Of a DNA stretch of 64,000 nt, positions 1-8,899 are shown in pieces. Every line of letters begins with the position of its first letter. Positions within the stretch are counted from its first letter, which is position 1. The DNA is from an uncultured Nitrospiraceae bacterium (GTDB taxonomy: Bacteria > Nitrospirota > Thermodesulfovibrionia > Thermodesulfovibrionales > SM23-35). The stretch covers positions 192,001 through 256,000 of the forward strand of contig CAVSHB010000002.1 of NCBI GenBank assembly GCA_963727775.1, given 5' to 3'. The position numbers and the translations under genes were made by a program. The notes under the pieces were generated by a model. That model did not search any database, was not told the DNA's origin, and was given only the letters and a program-made list of their open reading frames with translations.

Positions 1-807
1 GGAATTGGTTATGCAAATGGATGACGCATATTCATCGTGCTCGGCCTGACTGAGCAGGTCGGCTGCTATAATTATGGGGCTTGCCGAAGCATCGGCTATA
101 ATCAGTATCTCGCTCGGTCCCGCAACCATATCGATATCGACTACGCCGAAGACTATCTTCTTTGCCGTTGCCACATATATATTTCCGGGACCCACGATCT
201 TATCGACTTTTTTGACAGCTTCTGTGCCATATGCCATCGCCCCTACTGCCTGTGCCCCGCCTATCCTGTATACTTCCCGAACACCGAGCAAGTTTATTGC
301 GGCCATGACATGAGGGTTTATCTCTCCTTTCGGAGTAGGGACGCAGAGGGCTATTTCTCTGACGCCCGCGACCTGTGCCGGAATAACATTCATTAAAACA
401 GTAGATGGGTAAGAGGCTTTGCCGCCCGGTATATATACACCAACCCGCTCCAAGGGCCTGATTATCTGACCCAGGACAGTGCCCTTTTCAGAGAAAGACC
501 ACGAGGACTCTTTCTGTCTCTCGTGAAATGTCCTTATCCTTTGTGCAGAGCGTTTGAGCGCCTTTACGACTTTCGGATCAGCCTTAGCCGCATGCCTCGC
601 GATTTCATCGGGGTCCAGTCGTAAATGATCTATTTTCAGGGAATCAAATTTCCTTGTGTATTTCAGAACGGCCTTATTGCCGTTGTTCCTAACATCCGTA
701 AGGATATCCCGGACTTTTTGCTCGATCTCCTCAACGTCGCCGGCTGCCCGCTTCTGTAAAATATCTAAAAAGGAAGCTAATTCTTTATCATTTTTTAAAA
801 TTCTCAT
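1..807 (-). CDS. hisD: Histidinol dehydrogenase (runs off the window start)
   Basis: Absent from the ORF track. Manual minus-strand translation from ATG at 807 gives MRILKNDKEL...VGVYIPGGKASYPSTVLMN...KVDKIVGPGNIYVATAK...IDMVAGPSEILIIAD...DLLSQAEHD, all canonical HisD motifs. Confidence 0.96.
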   Translation of the reverse strand, partial: MRILKNDKELASFLDILQKRAAGDVEEIEQKVRDILTDVRNNGNKAVLKYTRKFDSLKIDHLRLDPDEIARHAAKADPKVVKALKRSAQRIRTFHERQKESSWSFSEKGTVLGQIIRPLERVGVYIPGGKASYPSTVLMNVIPAQVAGVREIALCVPTPKGEINPHVMAAINLLGVREVYRIGGAQAVGAMAYGTEAVKKVDKIVGPGNIYVATAKKIVFGVVDIDMVAGPSEILIIADASASPIIIAADLLSQAEHDEYASSICITNS

Positions 808-1513
808 TGCGAATAATTCTAACCTGTAGGGGCTGATTAATCAAGAAATCTTTGGTGTGCATATTCCGGGGAACCCTGCCGTTCATTACGCTACAATCCT
901 TCCGCTTCCCGATTTATCCTGCAGTCAAATCCAGAGAGATGCTGTACCGGTCGGCAGGAGAAAGGATAGCGGATATTTGAACCAGCAATATGTTTGGTCT
1001 GCTGCGCAACACGTGTAGTTTGTTTGCGGATAACACCTACTTAATGACACTTTCAGGAAGTCGCAACTTCCTCAACACTACAACTGGAAATGAACACCTT
1101 TGCAAAGAAATAATGACGACATTTCCCCTGGAACTGATAGTTTCGTCAAGTCCTATTTGTTGGCGGTTTAGGTTGGTAACCTTGCGTCCAAATATCTATA
1201 GGCAAGTCTGACTCTGGGGCCAGTGTCAGCGAAACGTGCAAAGCGTAAAGATGAGAACTTTCTGGTAATGATTGTGGATCACCTTTTTTGCCATTCATAT
1301 GTAGGCATGGTCTCCCAGAGCGGAGCAAGGCAGAACATTATGAATAGTTTCCTGATATAATCAGAAAATGCTGTGGTCGTCAAGGATGGTAGAGAATCCG
1401 AATAGAGTATTGTTCAGTTGCATTCGCCTATGATACAATTTTGCCGATCCCAATTTGGGTCAATGACAAGATGATATTCGTTAATCCTCTGAAGGGTAGG
1501 ATTTGATTCCGGG

Positions 1514-2188
1514 ATGAATAAAGTGAAAAGAACATTGAAAGTTATTGCATCAAGAAATCTAATGGCTAAGTTCCCGCGAGAATCCTTATCCTTTTTCAAG
1601 AAATTAGTATTAGAGCCAAATATGGTTACAACTCAAGATATCATGACCTTCAAAAAACAAGCTGAATTTGAAGATGTTTGGATATTTCACGGTATTGCGA
1701 TGGAACGGAAGGGAAAAGCAATTGTCTTGGCAGGACCGCCAGGCATCGGCAAATCAACTCTTTTGCGAAAAATTACCCGTGCGGGTATGGCTAAACCGAT
1801 AGATGACGGAAACGTAGTTGTTGGCAGACGCGACAACTGCTATTACGTCTTAAAGAGCGGTCTTTATTCCACTGTGAGAACGATCTCGATAGTTTCCAAG
1901 GGGCTAAGGATCTTGTTTAGGTATCAGAGTCCTTATCTTAATGCAGACCCTCGCCATAATTTGATTAAGGCTATAAGAAGAGGGGAAATGTTACATAATC
2001 TTGCTGTCTTGACGGGCTCTATTATCGCCAGAAATAGAAGCTCTGAAGAAGTCATAGTAAATCCGGTGAGACTTGAAAGACTTTTGTTGGTGATACATCA
2101 AGAGGACCCTCAGCTGTCAAGAAGAATGTGTGGAGTGTGGAGAAAAAATAGAATCCATCAGCGCAAGGGATACGAAGAATATATTTGA
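1514..2188 (+). CDS. P-loop NTPase, HPr-kinase-like; C-terminus possibly frameshifted
   Basis: FHGIAM...IVLAGPPGIGKSTLL Walker A and an IDDG motif as in HprK-related kinases. A 7-bp tandem duplication lies at 2128-2141. Confidence 0.6.
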   Translation: MNKVKRTLKVIASRNLMAKFPRESLSFFKKLVLEPNMVTTQDIMTFKKQAEFEDVWIFHGIAMERKGKAIVLAGPPGIGKSTLLRKITRAGMAKPIDDGNVVVGRRDNCYYVLKSGLYSTVRTISIVSKGLRILFRYQSPYLNADPRHNLIKAIRRGEMLHNLAVLTGSIIARNRSSEEVIVNPVRLERLLLVIHQEDPQLSRRMCGVWRKNRIHQRKGYEEYI

Positions 2189-2554
2189 TAGGTATTCAAG
2201 CTGTGAAGTCATTGCATCTGCTGGACTGGACCTTAAGAATTACTGCCTGTACTCTTCAGAATGATAAGGTTATGCAAAGGTGCAGGTCCCCGCGAGGATA
2301 AATAACCCTACCCGACTCATATAATTTGTTACTTTGAAATCGTATAAAACAGTTCTCAAAACCTGACATTACTGCGGAAGAGGAAGTTATTGAGAGGGTG
2401 ACTTCATCTACAAGGTCTGATATAGGATAGAAAAAATGGGAGATCGCCCCCCCATCACTGCAACCCCCTAAGATTCGGAAACAGCGGGCACTCCCGTCCC
2501 CAGGAGTGATCTGATAACTGGACATTAAGCTACTGCCCGCAGAATTCTATTAAT

Positions 2555-2680
2555 TTACTTTTGGGACCATATGTTTGATCCTGAAGAGCCTTTTTCTTTC
2601 TTTGCTTGTCTTTTTTCTTTCAGGCTATGCTGTGGTTTTTTCTTCGCATTTGGTTTTTGCTTGTTTTTTTCTTTGCTCAT
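2555..2680 (-). CDS. Small basic 41-aa protein
   Basis: AAGGAGG RBS precedes the ATG; translation MSKEKNKQKPNAKKKPQHSLKEKRQAKKEKGSSGSNIWSQK. Below the ORF-track size cutoff. Confidence 0.6.
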   Translation of the reverse strand: MSKEKNKQKPNAKKKPQHSLKEKRQAKKEKGSSGSNIWSQK

Positions 2681-2753
2681 TAAATGCCTCCTTTATTAAT
2701 AGTAATCGTCACCATTATATCAGGTCGCTCTATTAGTTGTATTTCTACGCAAT

Positions 2754-3200
2754 TTAGGTCTTTGGTGCAAAACCTTTTTTGATAGCCTGTCGCCAACATT
2801 TACCCATATCTTCTTTCTGCTTATCAGTCAGTTGTTTTTCTTCCTTCAGGCTCTTGCTAATCTCATGTGCAAAATTGATCCAATAGCTATTCATTCTCAT
2901 TGTCTCTTCTACCCATTGCGAAAGAGCGAGCCATGTGTTCGAATCTCTTTTTAATTGAAATACCTTGGGGTGGGTTGCAGAACTTTTTTGTTTTTTATGT
3001 TCAGATATTTCTTCGGCAGCTTTCAGGACAGGCTGAAGTTGAACATCATAAACACTTGACTCTTTTTCATATTTAATCAAAAAGGCTCCAGGCCAGCCGT
3101 GGCTGGAAGAAAAATGCTTGTAAAAATAATTGCGATAGAAGAGCGTGAGAGTGGTTCTCTTGTATTTTGATTCTCTTCTGTCACGTATCAATTTTACCAT
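2754..3200 (-). CDS. Hypothetical protein
   Basis: 148-aa ORF with no recognised motif. Confidence 0.45.
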   Translation of the reverse strand: MVKLIRDRRESKYKRTTLTLFYRNYFYKHFSSSHGWPGAFLIKYEKESSVYDVQLQPVLKAAEEISEHKKQKSSATHPKVFQLKRDSNTWLALSQWVEETMRMNSYWINFAHEISKSLKEEKQLTDKQKEDMGKCWRQAIKKGFAPKT

Positions 3201-3403
3201 GTTCTATGTTTTTCTGGTAAGCATGGCAAACTGACCCACTACCGAAAATCGATAAAGACCTTTAAGGAATCACCTTTTTTTAAGCGCAAAATAGATAGGA
3301 AGTGGGCCTGGAAAGCAAGGATGCTCCTAAGAACCCGGTGAACACAATAATTGAGAGTGAACTGCCGGAGGATGAATTGACATTCTAAGCCATATAATTT
3401 AAA

Positions 3404-4720
3404 GTGTTATCAGTGGAAAACGAAGCGAAGACGGAAGAAAAATCAATAATCGATGAGATAAAACAGAAGATCAGGCTCGTAAATGCCATAGCTGTTTTTA
3501 TTATTGTTACACTTCTTGCCGTCATTTTACGTTACCTGTTCAAACCGGTCAGTGAAATGCTGGATTTTCTGCCGGATGTCTCCATCACAGTGGTCATAGT
3601 TATAGTCCTTGCTCTTTCAGTTATGGGATTTTATATGTCATGGGTAGTATCCAGGAGGATCATAAAGAGCATTGAAAAATACAGAAACAGACTTGACCGT
3701 ATCCTTACGATCACGAGAAACCTGAGAGAAGAAAAATATGGAGATATTATACTTGAAAAGTTATTGGATTATTCACTATCTATGACAGGATCTGACGCAG
3801 GCTCTGTCTTTCTCATCGAGGGAGACAGCCTTGTATTTAAGGCGATAGCGGGGGATGAGCAGGAACTCCTCATCGGGACAGCGATACCGAAAGGCAAGGG
3901 TGTTGCGGGACTGGTCGCAGTGAATGGTCGGCCCTTGTGCATTGCAGACATAAAGGAAGATGGGCGGTTTGCCAATGACGCAGATGCGGTCACCGGCTAT
4001 GAGGCGAGGTCTGTGCTCTGTGTTCCGTTGATGATGCGCGCAAATGTCATAGGCGCCATAGAACTGGTGAATAGGAAGGAAGGTTTTTACAGCGACAGGG
4101 ACGCGGAAATGATTACATACCTTGCGGACCAGACGGCTATTTCATTGGTACAGGCGAGGTTTTATGAGGACCAGAAAAATTATGAGATACATATAACGGA
4201 TATCCTCCTTGAGGTTATCGACATACAGGTCCCCGAGAAAGCAGGGCATTCAAAGAGGGTAGCGAGATACAGTAACATTATCGCAAAGGCAATAAATATG
4301 TCCGAGGAAAGTCAGCAAAGATTGTATTATGCCGGCCTCCTTCATGATGTCGGATTTCTGAAGATAAAGACCGATGACAATTTCAAGCGGGAATATTTCA
4401 TGACCCATCCTGTTGTCGGATATGAAATGATAAAGCCGATAAACTTTTATGAAGACATCGCGCACTTCATACTCTATCACCATGAGAGGTATGACGGATC
4501 AGGTTACCCTAAGGGACTCAAAGGGGAGGAAATACCTTTGGGTGCAAGGATAATTGCTATTGCGGAGGCATTTGACTCAATGGTGAGTGAAGAGTCATAT
4601 AAAGTGCCTCTGGATTTTAAATCTGCTGTTGAAGAGCTGCAGCGAAATGCCGGGAGCCAGTTTGACTTCTGGCTTGTCGACGTGTTTGTTAATAATATAA
4701 CCCCTGAACTTCTACAATAG
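3404..4720 (+). CDS. Membrane-anchored GAF + HD-GYP cyclic-dinucleotide phosphodiesterase
   Basis: Two N-terminal TM helices, GAF domain (SVLCVPL...IGAIELVN), GHSKRV, LLHDVG and HHERYDGSGYP. Confidence 0.9.
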   Translation: MLSVENEAKTEEKSIIDEIKQKIRLVNAIAVFIIVTLLAVILRYLFKPVSEMLDFLPDVSITVVIVIVLALSVMGFYMSWVVSRRIIKSIEKYRNRLDRILTITRNLREEKYGDIILEKLLDYSLSMTGSDAGSVFLIEGDSLVFKAIAGDEQELLIGTAIPKGKGVAGLVAVNGRPLCIADIKEDGRFANDADAVTGYEARSVLCVPLMMRANVIGAIELVNRKEGFYSDRDAEMITYLADQTAISLVQARFYEDQKNYEIHITDILLEVIDIQVPEKAGHSKRVARYSNIIAKAINMSEESQQRLYYAGLLHDVGFLKIKTDDNFKREYFMTHPVVGYEMIKPINFYEDIAHFILYHHERYDGSGYPKGLKGEEIPLGARIIAIAEAFDSMVSEESYKVPLDFKSAVEELQRNAGSQFDFWLVDVFVNNITPELLQ

Positions 4721-5782
4721 CCTGCCGAGGATTTCTTTCTCTATCGATTCCGATATATTAGTATTGTTAGATCCGCCTCTGTACAGTGTAAGCAGCTTCT
4801 CAATATAATCTCCGGCAGTCTTATAACCGGCTTTTCTTGCATTTTCAATTAGGTCCCAGTCACCTGTTTCAATGAACAAACGGAATGCCTCGGGTATTTC
4901 AGGGAAGACTATTTTTCTCAAACCCCCGAGAAATACGATATAAAAACCGAGCGAACCTTCTTTCTTGTTTTTAATGATATATCGCAACATGCCGTTTTCA
5001 GAGGTATCCGAAAGGATGTCCTTCACGGACCGGGCAAACAGCTCGGTCCTGTTATGGGAAAGACAAGACAGAAAGGGTTTCCACTCATCCCCGATTTTGT
5101 TGCCCTCAAACGCCTCCCCCAACTCGTGATGTATGTATGTATCCGCCTCAGAGCGCGCAATCAGGGACATCTTCAAGTCCAGGTCTTCCGACGGTTCTTC
5201 TTCGGGAGCAATCCCGTATTTTGAGAACGCGAATAAGAGCGCTCCTTTTAAGCCCCTGCATCTCATCTCCTCGTATCTCGACCACAGAAGAAGCCTGGTC
5301 GGTTCGACCCGCGCAAAGATTGCCTGTCCCTGAAGCATCGCCGGGTGATCGGACAGGTCTCTTGCATATTCATGACCGGCTGTGCGAATATCAAACCCAT
5401 CCACCTTGGTTTTCGATATCATGTCTGCGAGGAAGAAAGAAGGCTTCATATGGATCCCGAACCCTGCGCCGTAAACAAGACCTTTTTTTCCCAGAGCAGC
5501 ATTAATTTTTTCGACATCAAACGGGTTATAGACATCTCCATTCACTCTGATATTTTCAAATTCCTTGCCTTCAAGTTCCCTCCAGAGTTTTTCCCTGTCT
5601 GTTATCCAGTCACCGATATCTTTTTGGATGACCTGCTCCCACGGCTTGATTCCATTTTCGATACGGTATAGTTCCCTTAGTCTGAGGAGCAGGCCGCAAA
5701 GGGAATAAAAACCCCAGAATTGCGCATCTGAAATGTTACAGTTTCTTTTGATTTGCGAAGCGAGTGTATGAATGTCCGTCAT
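4712..5782 (-). CDS. Conserved hypothetical protein (Sfum_1244-like family)
   Basis: NCNISDA...YSLCGLLLRLRELY N-terminus and HHELGE (HExxE) motif resemble this family. Confidence 0.75.
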   Translation of the reverse strand: MTDIHTLASQIKRNCNISDAQFWGFYSLCGLLLRLRELYRIENGIKPWEQVIQKDIGDWITDREKLWRELEGKEFENIRVNGDVYNPFDVEKINAALGKKGLVYGAGFGIHMKPSFFLADMISKTKVDGFDIRTAGHEYARDLSDHPAMLQGQAIFARVEPTRLLLWSRYEEMRCRGLKGALLFAFSKYGIAPEEEPSEDLDLKMSLIARSEADTYIHHELGEAFEGNKIGDEWKPFLSCLSHNRTELFARSVKDILSDTSENGMLRYIIKNKKEGSLGFYIVFLGGLRKIVFPEIPEAFRLFIETGDWDLIENARKAGYKTAGDYIEKLLTLYRGGSNNTNISESIEKEILGRLL

Positions 5783-5915
5783 GTCGGTCCTCTTATATTA
5801 TTCTATCAGATGAAAGAACTGGAACGACAGACCTTGGATTAGACGAGCCTGGTGCGGGAATAAAAAGGAAGCCGGAGATTGCGGTAAACTCGGCATGGTG
5901 ATAATATGTTAGACC

Positions 5916-6683
5916 ATGAGGAAAATAAAGCTGCTTATTGAGTACGACGGCACAGCATACCACGGGTGGCAGATACAGGCAGATAAAACAACCATTCAGG
6001 GACTTATTGAAGAAAGGATTCTGAAGATAACAGGCGAACAATCGAGCGTTCTCGGCGCGAGCAGGACAGATGCGGGGGTACACGCGCTCGGGCAGGTTGC
6101 GGTATTCAGGACTGAATCGAGGCTGGACGCCGGAACGATAAAAAGGGCATTGAATGCGGTGCTCCCCCGGGACATCAGGGTCCTCGACGCATCCGACGCC
6201 GATGATTCGCTTCATCCGAGAGCGGATGCTATAAAGAAGACTTATTTCTATATCATTACAAACCAGAGAAATTCATCGGTTTTTTTTAACCGGTACTCAT
6301 GGTTGGTCCCGCAGAAACTTGAACTGAACTCCATTATAGAAGCGGCGCATACTTTGATAGGCAGATATGATTTTTCTTCATTCATGGGGACCGGAAGCGA
6401 CGTAAAGGATTTTGTGAGAGAGATATATTCGCTTAACGTAGAGAAACTCGGAAGTATAGATTTTATGACCGCTTCTCTAAAGGGTGATTTTATCAAGATA
6501 AGCATAGAAGCGAACGGCTTTCTCAGGCACATGGTTAGGAACATTGTCGGTACCCTCGTCGAGACCGGCAGGGGAAGGATACCTGCCGAAAAGATGCAGG
6601 ACATCCTTGCATCTCACGACAGAAGGCTTGCAGGTCAAAACGCCCCGCCGAACGGCCTTTTTCTTGAGAAGGTTGTTTATTAA
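5916..6683 (+). CDS. truA: tRNA pseudouridine(38-40) synthase
   Basis: IEYDGTAYHGWQ, SRTDAGVHALGQ, FLRHMVRNIVG, APPNGLFL. Confidence 0.97.
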   Translation: MRKIKLLIEYDGTAYHGWQIQADKTTIQGLIEERILKITGEQSSVLGASRTDAGVHALGQVAVFRTESRLDAGTIKRALNAVLPRDIRVLDASDADDSLHPRADAIKKTYFYIITNQRNSSVFFNRYSWLVPQKLELNSIIEAAHTLIGRYDFSSFMGTGSDVKDFVREIYSLNVEKLGSIDFMTASLKGDFIKISIEANGFLRHMVRNIVGTLVETGRGRIPAEKMQDILASHDRRLAGQNAPPNGLFLEKVVY

Positions 6684-7231
6684 GTTCCGAATATCTTCCA
6701 CCACTCATCAAACCGTCTGAGCTTTTCTTCTCCGAATTTTGCAATTCCCTTCCTGACCCTTTCGATGGGTTTTTCTTTCAAAAGAAATTCAGTGTCTTTT
6801 GAAAAAAATTTATCGGCAAAGCATATAATCTGCTCTTCAAGGGTCAAAGGGACCATATCTCTTTGGGGTAATAGGAGATTTCTTTGAACTATATCCTCCA
6901 AAGATATTCCTACGCCGACATGCCTTTCGCAGACAAGGCCGTGCCGCGGGAAGCCTGCCTTTTCAAGGAGTTCCCTGCCTAAATAACCATGACATATATA
7001 AGCCTTGTCGCCGTGACAGCCGATTGCCGGTTCGTTGGTGAAGAATATCCCGATGTCGTGGAGCATCGCCGCCTCATGAATGAAATCCGGATCCGGCTTA
7101 AGATGTATTACCCTTTGGGTAATCTTCAATGCCTTTTCCGCAACCATCCTGCTGTGATGTATAAGGAAATGATATGCCCTTGATTCGGGTCTGTAGTATT
7201 CTTCGATGATCTTTACCGGATCCATTTGCAT
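6680..7231 (-). CDS. HD (HDIG) domain phosphohydrolase
   Basis: HS...LHDIG...HG...ERHVG...ADKFFSK. Confidence 0.88.
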   Translation of the reverse strand: MQMDPVKIIEEYYRPESRAYHFLIHHSRMVAEKALKITQRVIHLKPDPDFIHEAAMLHDIGIFFTNEPAIGCHGDKAYICHGYLGRELLEKAGFPRHGLVCERHVGVGISLEDIVQRNLLLPQRDMVPLTLEEQIICFADKFFSKDTEFLLKEKPIERVRKGIAKFGEEKLRRFDEWWKIFGT

Positions 7232-7315
7232 AATATTTTATTGAGTATAAAATTATAAATGAAGCAATGAAAATTTATTTAAAATATTATCATTAGTCTT
7301 ATCGTAATAAGTCTA

Positions 7316-7344
7316 TTGACAAGAAGCTACTAAAGTTATATGAT
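7316..7344 (+). promoter_or_regulatory. Sigma70-type promoter of dnaJ-hspR-clpB with overlapping HAIR-like imperfect palindromes
   Basis: TTGACA-17 nt-TATGAT ending 10 nt before the ATG at 7355, with no SD. AGTTATATGATATGACTAACT overlaps the -10. Confidence 0.6.
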
Positions 7345-7354
7345 ATGACTAACT

Positions 7355-8443
7355 ATGGCTAACGAAGTAAAAGATTACTATAAGACCCTCGGAGTGGATA
7401 AAAATGCTCAGCCGGATGATATGAAGAAGGCATTCAGGAAGCTTGCGCGCAAATATCATCCTGACCTGAATCCCGGCGACAAAGTCGCGGAACACAAGTT
7501 CAAGGAACTGAACGAAGCATACGAGGTTTTAAGCAACCCCAAGAAAAAGGCCGAATATGACCAGTTCGGCAGTTCTCCGTTCGGGGCCGGCGGGCAGGGA
7601 TTTGAAGGGTTCAGGACATACGATTTCAGGGATACATCCGACTTTGGCGGCGCCGGTGATATTTTTGCTGACCTTTTCGGCTCCAGAGGGGCCCCTGAAT
7701 ATTACTCCAAAGGCCACGATATGGTTATGGGCCTTGAGCTTTCTCTTGAAGAGGCATTTTCAGGCGCAACAAAACCGATCACTTTTAATAGGGAGATTGC
7801 GTGCGCGGCATGTAATGGTTCAGGCGCTGAATCATCCCAGGTCTGTAACGTATGTAAAGGCGCCGGGAGTATTAATACTTCAAAAGGTTTTTTCAAGATG
7901 TCCCAGGCTTGCGCCTCATGCGGCGGCACAGGAAGAAAGACGATAAAAGCCTGTACGATCTGCAGGGGGAAGGGTAAGAATTTCCATGCCGAAACTCTGA
8001 AGGTAAGGATCCCGAGAGGCGCTGATAATGGCTCCAGGGTAAAGCTAAAGGGTATGGGCGGACCGGGGATAGGAGGCGGACCTCCGGGCGACCTCTTCAT
8101 AGAAATTACAGTAAAACCGCACCGGGTATTTAAAAGGAAAGGGAATGATATTTTCCTTGATCTTCCTGTGACCTTTAGCGAGGCGGCCCTCGGCGCAAAG
8201 ATAGAAGTGCCGACAATGGACGGGGTAGCAGCCATGACATTGCCGCCGGGCACGCAAGGCGGACAGCGGTTAAAGCTTTCAGGGAAAGGGTTCCCTTCAG
8301 CGAAGACCGGTGAGAGGGGCAACCAGTATGTGGACATAAAGATTATTGTGCCGAAGGGTCTCGATGAGAAGGCAAAGGACACAATCAGAGAGGTAGAATC
8401 TTTATACAAGGAAAATCCACGAAGGGGGTTATTACAGAAATGA
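7355..8443 (+). CDS. dnaJ: Molecular chaperone DnaJ
   Basis: J-domain with HPD, G/F region, four CxxCxGxG repeats and a C-terminal substrate domain. Confidence 0.93.
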   Translation: MANEVKDYYKTLGVDKNAQPDDMKKAFRKLARKYHPDLNPGDKVAEHKFKELNEAYEVLSNPKKKAEYDQFGSSPFGAGGQGFEGFRTYDFRDTSDFGGAGDIFADLFGSRGAPEYYSKGHDMVMGLELSLEEAFSGATKPITFNREIACAACNGSGAESSQVCNVCKGAGSINTSKGFFKMSQACASCGGTGRKTIKACTICRGKGKNFHAETLKVRIPRGADNGSRVKLKGMGGPGIGGGPPGDLFIEITVKPHRVFKRKGNDIFLDLPVTFSEAALGAKIEVPTMDGVAAMTLPPGTQGGQRLKLSGKGFPSAKTGERGNQYVDIKIIVPKGLDEKAKDTIREVESLYKENPRRGLLQK

Positions 8444-8790
8444 TAAACTCCGGGGATAAAAAACAACCTTTATTTATGATAAGTGTAGTTTCGAAGATAC
8501 TGCGGGTCCATCCTCAAACCCTGCGGCTTTACGAGCGTGAAGGGCTGATTACCCCGCAGAGGACGAAGAGAACGAGACTCTATTCACAGGAGGACATCGA
8601 AAGATTGGCCATGATCCTTCGTCTCACGAGGGAGCTCGGTGTCAACAGATCGGGTGTCGATATAATACTGAGGCTCAGACACAGGCTGGAAACTTTTCAG
8701 AAAGAGATGGAAGAAATGATGAGCTTTCTTGAAGAAGATACAAGAAGAGATTTTATCAGGAGGTTCAGAAAGATTTTTTCAGAGGAGTAA
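8440..8790 (+). CDS. hspR: MerR-family heat-shock repressor, HspR-like
   Basis: ISVVSKILRVHPQTLRLYEREGLITP...RLYS...LTRELGVN; located between dnaJ and clpB. Confidence 0.85.
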   Translation: MINSGDKKQPLFMISVVSKILRVHPQTLRLYEREGLITPQRTKRTRLYSQEDIERLAMILRLTRELGVNRSGVDIILRLRHRLETFQKEMEEMMSFLEEDTRRDFIRRFRKIFSEE

Positions 8791-8872
8791 CCCCACCCAT
8801 CCTGTAACCTCCTTTCATCCCCCTTAATTTAAGGGGGAAAGAGGGGGTTAAGGGAGGAGCGAGGAGGGGTTA
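8788..8872. repeat. REP-like nested palindrome
   Basis: Core CCCCCTTAA-T-TTAAGGGGG (8819-8837) with extended C-rich and G-rich arms, in the hspR-clpB spacer. Confidence 0.55.
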
Positions 8873-8899
8873 TCGTGGAAGTATTAAGGAGGTTTTTCA

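Noticed and set aside
37..396. Plus-strand ORFs 37-396 and 74-313
   Set aside because: Antisense shadows of hisD, which the track missed because it lacks a stop inside the window.
820..1500. Short ORFs between hisD and the NTPase gene
   Set aside because: No convincing RBS or motif.
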